Program-made: the position numbers and the translations under genes
The notes under the pieces: model-generated
Database searches by the model: none
The model's input: the letters and a program-made list of their open reading frames with translations, nothing else
Told to the model about the DNA's origin: nothing
In this document: one piece after another, positions 23,449-36,600 of the stretch
Numbering within the stretch: position 1 is the stretch's first letter
How the letters are laid out: every line of letters begins with the position of its first letter
Assembly (NCBI GenBank): GCA_009103225.1
Contig: RHPI01002262.1
Coordinates: forward strand, 785,213 to 849,212
Source of the DNA: Chlorokybus atmophyticus
Lineage: Eukaryota > Plantae > Mesostigma and Chlorokybus algae
Direction: 5' to 3'
Length of the DNA stretch: 64,000 nt

Positions 23449-25851
23449 ATGGTTCCCAGGCAGGTGCTGGCGGCGGCGGCCGCTGGCGCTGCGCTGGCAG
23501 CTGCACGGAGCTTAAGGCTGCCAAGGTAAGAGTACTTGTGAGTTTGTATGCTGATCTTCAGTGGTGAATGTAGCTTGTGTTTTGAAGGCATGGATGGGTC
23601 GATTGTTGGTTTCGCTCCATGCTTTGCGCGTGGCACTGGAGATCGTTGCATTGCAGTCGGCCAAACAGTATGCATGCTTGTACACATCAGATTGCAAGCG
23701 CTTGTTGTGGGGGTGGTTGCTGCTGCAATGTCATTCTGTTGTGTCAAGCTTGAGCATGTCCATCGCACAATCAGCATACTTAAACAGTACCATTCACAAC
23801 GGCAACAGCAGATCTGTCATCACCTTCATCATTATCATCACCGTTGGCATCATCACACACACGCACATGCAGGCGCACGCACGCACGCACACATACACAC
23901 ACACACACTTCTGCTTACACGCAGGCTCATCACCGTTGCGGCCGCCGCCGCTGCCGCTGGCGCGGTGTTCATCCGTCCGTTCGCCCTTGCGCGCAGCCGC
24001 AACGCCGTCCGACCGCCCAAAGCCATCCTCGTGCTCGGTACTGATGATACTGTGAGAAAGACATCTCACATTTTAGGGACACCCTGCTGCTGCTGCAACA
24101 CCAACACAAGAACAGCAACTGGAACAACAGCAGCAACATTGATACCCATCGCAACAACAACAGCAACAACAACAACAACAGCAGCAACATTAACAACAAG
24201 TGGTGCATTAGCTGTTGTGGTTGTTGCTGCAGCTGCAGCTGCAACTGCAGAGTTGAACACCTCGATCAATCACTTGCTGTTGGTGTTGGTGGTGGTGGTG
24301 TCGGTCACGTCACTGTCATCACTGTCCTCATCGTTGTCATCGTCGCTGTCACCTCACGCACCCCAAACTCCAACCTCTCAACCCCCCTGCCAGGCGGCGA
24401 ATGGGACCGCATGCGCCACGCAGCCGACTTCGCCTCCGGTCGCCTGATCCCCGGCTGCTTTGTCGCAGCACCGTCGTCCAGGAGAATGCCGCGGATACCC
24501 GTCCCGATGGAGAACGAGAAGTGGATGCATCTGCATTCCAAGTGAGAGGGAGCGTTGGGTGTGGTTGGGCTTGGTGGATGAGTGTGCATGGGCGTGTGGG
24601 CGTGGCGTGTGCACAGGATACATTCGCAAGCACACACAGGCGTAAGCACGCTCGCACTCCCATGTGCATGCGCACACACGCATGCGCGCTCATCAACAGG
24701 CACACATACCCGTGCGTGCTCACACGCACACACACACGCACGTGTGTACCGACGGCCTCCTCTCTTAGCTTATTCACTGAAAATTGAACTAACCGAGTGA
24801 AGTACTGGTCCAATGAGTGCAGTCGTGTTCTAGAATGGAACCAATGATTCACTGTGTTGCCAGTTTGCCTGTGTACGTGTCGACGGGTCCCGACGGCGTG
24901 GGTCAGCTGATGCTTGAGCGGGGCGTCCCCGCCAACAGACTGCACATCGACAACCGCGCCGTCGATACGGTGAGAACCAGACAGATATCCATGCTGGTAT
25001 CAATGTCAAAAAAAAATGACTGTTGGGGTATTGACATGCGTTGCAGGTGACGAATATGACTACTTTGGTGGATGACTTCGCGAGGAAAGGCCTGTAAGTG
25101 TACTTATGTGAGGGAGGGAGTGTGCATGTGTGTATGTGCGCGTGTGGGGGATAAGCCAGGAAGGGGCGAGGTGGTGTTGATTTGTTGTTTGTTGTGTTAC
25201 AGCGTGCATGTGTACGTGTTGACGTCGGACTACCACATGCGGAGGGCGTCGGTCATCGCTTCCATCGTGCTCGGCAGCAGAGGCATCGCCTACACAACAG
25301 TCAGGTCAACTGCTGACTATTGCACTTGACTTGCTTGACACATGAGGTGGATGAATGGGGTTAAGTAAGGGCAGCAAGTAAGCAACAACAGGGAAGTCAC
25401 GCACACACACGTGTGTACTTGTGTGCGAGGCGCCTTGCACACATGACCCGCAGGATAAATGAAAGTGAGATTAAGTGCAGCAAGCCAGTTATAAAAACTA
25501 AGCCATGCACACACGTGTGTACTTGTACGCAAGCGCGCGCACTGGTACACCCACCCGCACACGTACACACGCAAAGACACATGACCCACGTGCACACGCA
25601 CGAGTCCGCGAATACAGGCAAACCGCTAGCGTGTACTAACTTGTGTTCCCCTTGCCAGCGTGCCCTCAAGACAGGAGGTTAGCACCGTCCCCACCCAGCT
25701 CGGCGAGTCGTCCCTCCGCGTGGCGCGCGACGCCCTGCGCTCCCTGTCCTGGGTGTTGACGGGTTGGGACGGCGCGTGGCTCGTGCGCTTCGTGCATCCG
25801 GACAGGTTCCCGCAGCGGGTGAAGGGAGACAGGACTGTCAATCCTGGGTAA
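23449..25851 (+). CDS. DUF218 (YdcF/ElyC-like) domain protein with N-terminal targeting/TM segment
   Basis: Spliced motifs AILVLG/GEWDRMRHAADFA, LPVYVSTG, RLHIDNRAVDT/VTNMTTLV, VYVLTSDYHMRRASVIASIVLGSRGI, RDALRSLSWVLTG. Confidence 0.85.
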
Positions 25852-26521
25852 AGAGTGGGGAGGGAGAAAACGAAGTGATTGTTGGGAGAGTATTAAGGGT
25901 CATTGGTTGGTTCAAGCATTGTTAGATTGGCCGCACGCGTTGTGGATTACCATTGTTAGTGTACTAGGTGGCTGTGTCAACATTTGACGCGACCTAAGGC
26001 CGTTGTTTTAGCTGGCAGAGTTTGCGAATAAATCACAACAGCGATGTTGCGAATTGAAGAATAAGAGTGAGCAAGTTGATGGCGCGGTGGTTGGCAGGCC
26101 AATGCATTGGGCAACCGGTGGCAATGGCTGCGCCAAGGAGCTCGTCTGAAATGAATGAACTTGGGTGGTGTTATGGAAGTGAGTAGGCCGCGCGCAGCGA
26201 CCCATATACATGAGTAGTGTTACTACGGTGAGATCATGTAACATGTACAGCTGCATAGAGTAGTTGTGACTGTTGTTTTTCAAAGGCGTCTCGCTCATGC
26301 CGAGAACACAGGGACCAAAAAGCATGGACGCACAACACACTATGCAGCTTGCACCATGCAGGCGCACACAAAAATTCCTTGAACACTTAGCTGCCTGCTT
26401 GCATCAACACTCTTAGCTAGTTGCTAGCACTACATAAATACCTACACGAAAAACGGGGTATAACCTGCGCTCAGCTGCCGGAGAGGGATAACATAACAAC
26501 TTGCTTGATAATAATCACCTT

Positions 26522-28779
26522 CTACTTGATGGCAGCGTAACCTCCAGACTCCAGCTGCTTTGCCAGGCTCTTGTCTCCTGTTCGTACGATGCGTCCGCTC
26601 TCCATGATGTGCACGAAGTCGGGCTGGATATACTCCAGCAGCCGCTGGTAGTGCGTGATGAGGATGCTCGCGCGATCAGGACTGCGCAGCGCATTCACCG
26701 CCGTCGCCACATCGCGCAACGCGTCCACGTCGAGACCGGAATCGATCTCGTCCAAGATGGACAAATCAGCCTGAAAGCAAGGTGAGTAGATATGGGTATC
26801 AGTCTGGCCTTCGCCAGAATGAGTCACTTGCGCAACAGGTGCATGCACGCATCTATGCACAAACGCAGGCTTTCGCGCGCGTGTGTGCAACAAGTCTGCA
26901 TTTGTGCATGTGCAACGCATACATACACGCGCACACGTACTTACTTCTTGTACATGCATGCATACGCTCGTGCGTGTGTGAACATGAGCGCAAGCGTGCA
27001 AAACAATGAGAGAGACTAACGCATATCTCACCTCCAGTACAGCTAATTGAAGAATCTCATTCCTCTTCTTCTCTCCACCAGAGAAGCCTTCATTCACATT
27101 GCGCTGAAACCCAACACAAATATCAGGTTCAAAGCCTTAATGACCAGTTACAGTAGCTCCTTGTTGCAGATGCATGGCCAGCTGCAAGTCGGTTTCACAA
27201 TTCAATACTAACGATGATGTGCACCTGCAGATAGGATATATCCATGTTGAGCTGCTCCAGCTTGGGCGTGAGCCAGCCATAGAACTCAAAGGGGTCCATC
27301 TCGGGCTTCCCGAGGGCCTTGCGTCGCGCGTTAGCCATCAGCCGCAAGAAGTCCGTGTTGCTCACGCCGGGGATCTCCACCGGCGACTGGAAGGAGAGGA
27401 AGAGGCCGTTGTGACTGCGCTCCTCGGGTTCCAACTCAAACAGATCCTGAGTGAACCACGAGAGTGTCAATAAAGGTACTATATGCAAGTGTGTACTGCA
27501 AACACAGGTACGGACATGCGTGCATGCATCTGCAGACGCACGCATGTCTCTGCATGTGTGAGCCTGTGCAATTGCATGCATGTGCATGTGTGGGCGTGTG
27601 TTCACGCGTATCCAGGGGTGCGTGTGTGCGTCTGTGTGCGCGTTAGCGTAAGCGTGCGCACCTGTGTGCATGTGCATGTGCATTCGCGCTAGGCGTGAGT
27701 GCTTACGCGCGTGTGCGTTCGTGTGAGCAAACCCTACAAGAGTGAGCGAACCTGTCCCTTGTACATGGCTGTGCCTCCTGTGACTTCATACTGCGGGTGG
27801 CCAACAAGAACCTTTGATAATGTGCTCTTGCCACTGCCGTTTTTCCCCATGACCGCATGGATTTCGCCTGCCCAAAGATAAACAATTGGGCACATACTTT
27901 TGACAGAAATCAGCAACTAAATGCATGCATGCATGTGGTGAAACTTGATATGGTAGCACTGTCAAAAACAAGTATGTGCAGGTGCATGGCCATACGACAT
28001 CATTGACACACAAGCTTGCATGCACACATGCACGCAAAGTGCAGTTTATTATGCATGCAGTAATGTGAGCGGACTCAAACAACGGCCATGTGCTTGTGGT
28101 GAGTGCAACACATGCATGCTGACAGCTTAATTTTGGCTTGACTTCTGTATAGGAACCTTTCGGTGGCAATGCATAACTTACGTGTCAATCAAACCACTGC
28201 GACATAGCAGGGAGCATGCACACATACGTACGCCGTGTGTACACGTAATGCGACCATGCCTGTTGCTTGGGGGCCGTGCATGTTAGCATAAATGAAGTTA
28301 GGACTAGCGCAAAGCCTGGCGGTACTGAAGGTCATGTAGCAGCTAGTGTTTGGGCTAATGGCCTGCGTGAGTGCATGCATGCATGCGATTGTTAAGCATG
28401 ACGCAACTGAGTGCCTATGCAGCTATATGTTAGCATGTAGCAGCTGTGCTACCCAACACACATGCTTGAGCTGATAAACACCGCTGCTTAACGGACCTTC
28501 CCGCACAGTGAGGTCCACGCCTCTAAGAATGTCCAGCTCAGAGTCCACCACCTTGGCGCACAGGCCCTTCACCTCAAGAATGACATCGCCGGCGGCCGCG
28601 GAGACAGCTGGCCTGCTAATGCTTCTGCTAGAGGGCACCGCCCTGCACCTCAATCGGCTCGCACGTAACCCTGTGGCCGGCCTCAGCAACGACGGCGACG
28701 CTGACGGCGACGACGACTCTGCCCTTCCGGCGGCCGACCAGGACAGCGCACCGCCCGCAAGCGCCGCAGCTGCACTCAT
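26522..28779 (-). CDS. sufC: Plastid Fe-S cluster assembly ABC ATPase SufC (ABCI6/NAP7), nuclear-encoded
   Basis: Transit peptide, then [12 protein letters not shown], Walker [24 protein letters not shown], signature [13 protein letters not shown], Walker [23 protein letters not shown]. Confidence 0.97.
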
Positions 28780-29270
28780 CTCAGAAAGAATGCAAGCTCG
28801 CTCGCTGACCTAGAAGCCACTCCTGATCCACCTCCTCCTCCTCCTCCTCTTGCTCCTCCACCGCCGCCGCCGCCGCCGCCGCCGTCGCCGCCCGTACTAA
28901 ACCCTAAGTTGGAAGTACGGACGGATAAGCCTGAGATCAACATTCCGATCAGGTTCGAGAAACCCTTCAGCTTGGAGCAGGATCGATTGAACTGCATTGT
29001 GTACGGGACTCGACGCAAGCATATGACAGCGGCTGTGTATAGGAGTGAGTGCGTCTCTGCATGCAGCTGGGCATTGGCGGTGTTGTAGGCGGCGAGGGAG
29101 ACGACGGTGACGGCAGGGGTGTGGCTGGTTGGCCTTATGCTGGCATGATATAAGTAGTAGCGCTTGTATGGCTTGGCGGATGGAGTCCAGTTGAGAATGC
29201 TGCTGGCTTCTCAAGCTGCCAGCTGCTTGGAGCCTGCTGGTACGCAAATGGCATTGCATGCAGGGGCAGC

Positions 29271-30246
29271 ATGAGCTTCAGCGACGACGACATTGACGAC
29301 GAATTCATCGCGCCCGACACAGATGATGAAAGCAGCGCTGCCAACGCCCCCAGCCTGGGCAAGGCACGCCGCGTCTGCCCCGTTTGCTCAAGCAAACGCA
29401 AATACGCGTAAGTACAGCTGAGTGTGCCATACTTAGAGTGCTGCACGCTTGAGCTGTGCGAATGCTCAATGCCAGTGTGTCAAGCAGCTGAAACCTGTTG
29501 ACACTTCATGCATTACCTGCAAGCTGGCTCTGGTAGGTGCGCCACTTGCACCAACGCTACCATGCATGCAGCCGTACTTGCGCAGTCGCGCAGTTTGTCT
29601 TGTCCTCCGCATTGCTAACGTCGGTGCTAGCACTCATGCGCCAGCTGCAACATTGTAGTACTGCTGTGTTGTGAGCTTTGCCACTTTCTGCTGCTTCCGC
29701 ATATGCTGAAGCTAAGCCGTTATCATGCTGTCCTGCTTGCTAACTTGCTCAAATGCTTGCATTCATGTGCAGGTAGGTAGCTCGTTGTTGTGTCTGAAGG
29801 CTGTCAACTGTCAGCTGTTAAACGTCATGCCAACAGGAGCGCCCTTGACCTCTACAAGCATGCTAGAGACATTACGACGAAGTCGGTTGCGCACAGAATG
29901 CTGGCAAGCAAGTGAGTGGGGTATACTCTGACTGCAGTCAAAGGCATGACCTCAATGTTGGTGTATGGGTGTCACTTTGCGCGTGTGCATGCGTGTAGGT
30001 GGCAGCAGGAAGCAGAACAGCTAGAAGCGGAGCTGGAGGCACGCAACCAGCAGCAGACGCGGTACTGGCAGCAAGCCCGAAGCAGGTGTGCCGTTACTGC
30101 TTGGCTGCATGAACACAGCAAGCAAAAAGCAGTATGCAAACGCAGCATTGTTTGTCAATTGGCCTGCAAGTGAGTAAGCTCATGTGGGCCACTATTGTGG
30201 CAGATCACGTGGAGGCAAACAGAGCACAGCAACCAGCAGCAGATAG
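29271..30246 (+). CDS. Small (about 110 aa) protein with acidic N-term, zf-XS-like C2H2 zinc finger and coiled coil
   Basis: 4 exons splice in frame: MSFSDDDIDDEFIAPDTDDE...RRVCPVCSSKRKY/ASALDLYKHARDITTKSVAHRMLASK/WQQEAEQLEAELEARNQQQ...RS/RSRGGKQSTATSSR-tag. Confidence 0.7.
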
Positions 30247-30661
30247 TCATTGAAATGGCGTCACTGCAGTTGACAGTGCCAGATGTTTCATATAGGGCAG
30301 CATTATTGCAGGCCGACAGTGACTAACTGTTTGATTATGTACACTACTATTGCCAGCCGTGTTGCACATGTTCACGCTGTAATCATCCATCAGGAGGTTG
30401 TGTATTGCAAACGACTGTATTTGTGCTTGTGCGACCCTCCCCGAGTTGAGTACCGTAGGCTAAGACGCTGCCGCTCTGTGACACTTCTGTCTGCACTACA
30501 TCACTCCCTGAACAGCTGTATGAACTTACAACCTACCCTATCCTACCCTATATGTATTATCAACTTGTCGTTGTGCAGGTATGAACACTTGGCTGTGTAT
30601 ATGCTTATCAGTACCTTCAATGCTATGGCATTGCTAAGTAGTTTGTGAAACTTGTTCTTCC

Positions 30662-33600
30662 TCATCCTGTGGGATCGTGTACTTGGTACTCCCCCGACGC
30701 GTGCAGCACCCCCATCAGGTACAGCATGGCGTCATACGCTGGAAACTCCCCTTGCGGCACCTATGAGACCACTCAGGTAAGTGCATTACACCAGCAACCA
30801 ACTACTTATTCAACACCTCTCTCCCATGCTCACCTCTGTGTCCCACAGCGTCTGTATGTACCCCAAACCCTCCTTCCCCGTCACTTTCTTCGCCAGTCTC
30901 GTCGTCAGCCGCGGCAGGAACGCGTTCATCCCCACCAGACCGAAGCGGTCGACCGTGCCGTTGGAAGGGAGCGGAGAGCCGGAGAGGGAGTAGAAGGGTA
31001 GGTAGTGCTGCTGGCCTTGGGCTGGGTGGGGAAAAGTGTGAGTGTGTGGGAAGGTAGGAGGCAAGTGGTTGGGGTGAGGGGGCGTACCATTGAAGAAGTT
31101 GAAGAGGCGTTTGCGGTAGGCGTCTGAACGGAAGATCTCCTTCGGCTCAAACCATGCCCAATCCAACTGTGGTCGTAAAGGTCAGAACCATGGTGTGCTT
31201 GCATGCGTGTTGAGTGTCGTGTGCATGCAGTGGTACAACGCACATGCGCACACATACACGCGAGTACACACACGCTTACACATTCAGGAGTGGTCAAGAG
31301 GCGAGTACACACGCACGCACGCATGCATGCAGACGCGTGCACACAAGCGCACGCACAGAGACACACATGCACGCAAGCATGTATGGGCATGCATGTATGT
31401 TTGTGAGCGCGCGCAAACACCCTCACACTCCAGCACCAACTCACCGCAAGTTGGTGTCCTGCCATCCACGCATGCTTTCCGAAATACGCTTCCCCGGTCC
31501 CCTCCCCGACCGGCGTCCCGTCATGCAGCGTCGCTTCCGGAAACAGTCCGGTCTTGGCATTCGCTACAGCCTCCATGTACTGGCGAGACTTCACGGCCAA
31601 CTGGTGCCAAAAAGCTTTCTTGCCGCCACCGTAACTGACAAGGGCAAGTTTGATAAGTTAGGTGTCATCCCAACATACAGATTTGACTGCAATTGCCAGT
31701 CGTTCACACGCAGGCATGCATGTTTGCACTGCTCACAGCATGGGGTATGGCATGTAATGAGCCTATCACTTGGTATTGGAGCGTTTACTAAGAGTGACTA
31801 AATTTCATGTAGAGCATTACAGTATTGCACCCCTTTTGGTTGGCTGTGTCCAAGGCCACGACCTACTTACCGGTGGGACATGGTTTGGGCTAGGATCTCA
31901 TAAAAGGCTGGCATGTGGACAGATGGCCGCGTGAGGACAGTCCTGCCAATTGAAGTGAGTGATCACATTTCAACATGTGTGTGCCTGTGCATGTCCGTGC
32001 GTGCGTGCACGTGTGACGCATCATGCAGAAAATAAGGTATGTTTTGCTCACCCTCCATCAACATTGGTAAGGTACACGTCCAGCGTCGTCTTGTTGATCA
32101 TATTGACTATCCCCGTGCTGGCGTTCCAGCTCCCACCGGTTTCCTTGCCTATCATCGCCTGGAGGATGTTCTGGCCTTCCAGGTAATAGTCTCCACTCGC
32201 ATCAGGTCCTGAGACACAAAGCGTGTTGATGTGGTCCTGTAACGTTGTCCTGTGATGTGTTATGCAACATGTTTGTGTTGGCAATACCTTCGAATTGCCA
32301 GCGCTGCGCGGCAAATATGAGAGACATAGCCATATATTGTGCAGCGAAGGTGTCGGGATCGGGATCAACTAGTTGTCCATCAACAGTGACCTGAACAGGT
32401 GATGAAGAGAGGTTTATGACTGTCAGTCCCATCATGACAAGTAACGTAAATGACCAGTTTAAATTGAATAAACTCACTTCTCCTGCGCAAAGGCCTGCGA
32501 GCAAGCTTGGAGGCTGATACTGCATGCGCAAGCGCACAAAGTTCCAGATCTTGTCAAAGTCTGGCTTGACGCTGAGTACAAGATGTGAATGTTTGTAATA
32601 TGTCCTTGCAATGCATTACACACAGAGACTGCGTGCTTGCGTGCGTGATGAGTGCGTGTGTGCATGTGTGTGTGTACGTGTGTGAGTGTGTGTGTGCGCG
32701 CGCACATGTGTCAGTGTAGCGCTATGTTCGCATGTGACTGGGCGTAAGTGTGCATGCATGTGCACACAAGCACACACACACATACTGTCAAACATCATGT
32801 CTCCCTCTCCCTCACTTGTATTGTAGCGTGACCATCATTGCGAGCGCCATGACATCCGATCGCACAACATCTGCCGACCCATCTTTGACCCATCCCATGT
32901 AATCAGGAGTCTGCGTGTAGACAGGGACCCTACCTCCAACACCGTAAAACACTTGCTGGTAAGAACTGTTCATGTTGGTTTGGACCTCCAGAGTGCTCTG
33001 CAGAGTGTGAGGACATTTGTGTTAGGGGGGGGTTGGATTGGGTGGGTAGGTGGGTTGTGGTGCACTTACGTAGCCCAATGTGGCGAAGTAATTCTGGTAT
33101 TTCCCGGTGTAGAATGAACCGAAGCGAAGGTCGCCTTGGCCGGCCTTGCCAACGATGGTAACGGCTGCAAAGAAAACGTGTGTTCACTTGTGTGCATGCA
33201 CACTAACATACACGCGCACACACATACACGGATGCACCTGCGCACGCACGCATGGGCATACGTGCATGCACACATACGCGCACACGCACACAGGCACGCA
33301 CATATACACACATACACGTGCACACACGCGCGCACGCATGGGCACACGCTCATGCACACACAAGTAAACACGCACACAGGCACGCACATACACACATACA
33401 CACACGCTTGCTCGCGCTCGCGCGCACGCATGCACGCATGTAACGTTGCGGCCCTGCTTTACCTGGAACACCTCCAACGATGATCACTGCCAGTATAGCA
33501 AAGGCAGGCGTGCGCAGACCCCTGTGTCGCACAAACCACATTATGTTATAAGCATGTTAACACTGCGTGCATCACAAACCGTTCGTGACAAACTTGCGGG

Positions 33601-36600
33601 TACTTATGGGGTACTCACCATACTGGCAAGTTGAGTATCGCCGCAAGTGTGCAGCGGGCAGCGGGCCACGTGTTGAGAAGCACAAACATGCCCAAACCAA
33701 GGGAACCGCCGACGCTGAACGCACCCCTCGCTGGACCAAGTATCTGATGCATACAGCGGGTTAGTCAATGGGTGGTGAACAAAACATTGCGCGTGTCCGT
33801 GTGCATGTGCCCGTTTGTGCGTGTGCGCAGATGCGTCTGCACGCAATTATGGGTGTATGTGTGTGTGCGCACGCATGTGCGCATGTGCATGCGTGCGTGC
33901 GAGTGTATGCGCGTGTGTGTGCACACGCGCGTGGTCGTGTGTGCGTTTACGCGTGGGCATGTGTGTGCGTGCACGCGTGCTTATGCATGCATGTGTGCGA
34001 GCGTGTGTGCGGGTGTATGTGTGTGCATCTGCGCGCGCATGTGTGTCTCAATGCGTGATACGAGTTCAATTGCACGCACATCGACTGCTCCCCACTCACC
34101 GGCACCCACAGCGACGCGAGCGCGACCCCCATCCCGCACCATATGCTCACGCACATGAACAGGTTCGGCAGCTCCAGCGACGGGAAGATCCCCTCCACGT
34201 GGGTACCCCACGCCATGGCCTTTCCACCAACAGCAGTCAACACCGCCTCGATAGTACCTATTGAAGGTGGTGTTATTGTTGTTGTTGTTGTTGTGAGCGT
34301 TAATGTATCACTTACCGAGGAATGTAATCCATGCGAAGCCGAACCATCCCTGCATGGCGCGCCACAGGTCCACGGCGGCGGTGCCGTCCAGGAAGAGGAT
34401 GTAGCAGGCCAGCATCATGCCGATGAAGCGGAAGGACTGCGTGCGGGAGGATGGGTCAGTGTGCGTGCGTGCGGNNNNNNNNNNNNNNNNNNNNNNNNNN
34501 NNNNNNNNNNNNNNNNNNNNNNNNNNNNNNNNNNNNNNNNNNNNNNNNNNNCCCTGTTACCACCAGGCATGTGTTACACGCGGCGGTGAATGACTGTTGT
34601 TATCTGACAGTGCAATGTGTCACTACACGCTGAGAAAGAAAACACAAAAAGGAAACACAGTTTGTGTCTCTCTACGCTTTCTCGTGCACATCGCCTATCA
34701 CGTATAAGTAAACTTGTTGCATTGGTGTCATTTCATTAACCAAAGAGTCTTAAGTTACGCTTGTTTGTCGGGGGGGGAGGTGCGTGCGTGTGCGCGATAA
34801 TGTGTACTCACCTGGTACAGCACCATGCTTGCGACAAGTATGCTACCCTTTGTCCAACCCTCACCTGAAGGCGCAGGTGTTGTACTGCTTGCCAGTGTGT
34901 GTGTTGTTGTGTGTCTTGCATGCGCGCTCACACACGCACGCACGCACGCATGTGCATAGCACTCATGGACGCATGGACGCACCTTGCACGAAGAACTGCA
35001 CAGGGGAGATGCCGGCGATGAGGTAAAACATGGCAAGGATGAAGATGTTGAAGGCCACAATACTCCCAAGCGGGTACAACGTCTGCATAACCAAAACAAA
35101 TGTTATCTCTGTGATAAGGTCTTCACATGGGTACAAGCGTCAAAACTCACACGTGCGTACCATGTCGCAGAAGACCATGAGGCGCGCGAACCAGATGAAG
35201 AAACTCTGCCGCCGCTGGGCGCGCGTCCAGTAGCCGATATCGTCCTGGTGAAGGGGCTGCATAGGGTAAAAGGTAAGGGTCCTTGACTGTAACCCAATAG
35301 CTTCTATGTGGCAGTATAAGCTAGTTCTGTTGGATTGTGTATAGGGTGTGCGTGCGTGCGTCCAAGCGTCCTTGTGTGTGGGCGGGCGTGTGCATGTTTG
35401 CACGTGCGTGTGCGTGTACGTGTGTGTGCGTGCCCCACCTGTGTTTCGCCGGCGATGTCCTGTCGGTGATAGTCCTGCAGCCGTCGCTTGTACTGCAGCC
35501 TGAGCGGCGGCTCCAGGAACCGCTTCTTGAAGATGCGCCAGTCCAGCGCCAGCAGAAGCATCTGGACGGACCTGCAGGTAGCGAAAGCAGTCGATCTGTT
35601 GGTATACTCACAAGAACATGCATACTTTGCATGCATGTTATGGTGCAAGCAGACGGCGGTTATTACTGTATGAGTGTGCACAATGTGCATGCGCATATGT
35701 GCGTGCGCATGCGTCCGTGCACACGCATACTTGCATGTGTTTGTGTCGCACATTCACAACCTACTACTCCCCACTCACCCGCACACCCATCGCTTCCGTT
35801 CTTCCATCGTCTCCCCCGCGCTCTCCCTGCACAGCCCGCTGCACAGGTTCAGATTCAAGTAACTCCCCTGCCACCCGAACGCGTGCAGCTTGTTGCCCGT
35901 GGCCGCGTCCTCCGTCAGGCAGCCGTAGATGAAGCCGAGGGAGTCGTCGAGGGCGGGGCGGAAGAAGAGGGCGTTGGTGCCGGCGAAGGAGGCGAGGCCG
36001 AGGCCGTCGCGACCGGGCTGGGGGAGGGAGAGGGTGAGTGTGAGTGTGTGCGTGCACGGAGTGAGTCTTGGTGGGGTTGATGGTTTTGTTGTTGGTGTGA
36101 TGCTATATGGTGTGGCGTGTGGTTTGAGTTGTGGAGTGACAGATGCATGTGTGCGCATGCGTGCGTGCGTGCATGTGTTTAAGTGCTTGATGGCACTGTG
36201 TGTGTGCGTGCGTGCGTATGTGTGCATATGTGTGCGTGCGTGCGCGTGCGTGTGTGTTCGTGTGTGCTCTTCAGATCACTGATGCACTACAACTTTTGTG
36301 ACCTGCATGGATGCGAAGAAGAGGCCGTTCGATTGGTACAGCGGGTCATCCTCCCCATTCGACTCCGCAATATTCGTGAACGTTTGCGGCGTCTGCACCC
36401 CATGCACCCACCATCACGCACCATCACCCACACACCCACACACCCACATCACATTTCACACGTCCCTTACCTGCACAAAAGCGACCTCCCAGTTCGGCCT
36501 CCACCTCAGCTCCTTCTTGTCGTAAGTGTAAAAGACAGGCAGAGTGTACTGCAAGAAGGTCGGCTCGGGCTCCATGTCGGCGTCCAAGAAACCCAAAAAG

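Noticed and set aside
34552-34770. 219-bp exact copy of 39685-39903 as a possible new mobile element
   Set aside because: It begins exactly at an N-gap, has no TIR or TSD, and is 100% identical to a nearby locus. A scaffolding or gap-filling artefact is more likely; long reads would settle it.
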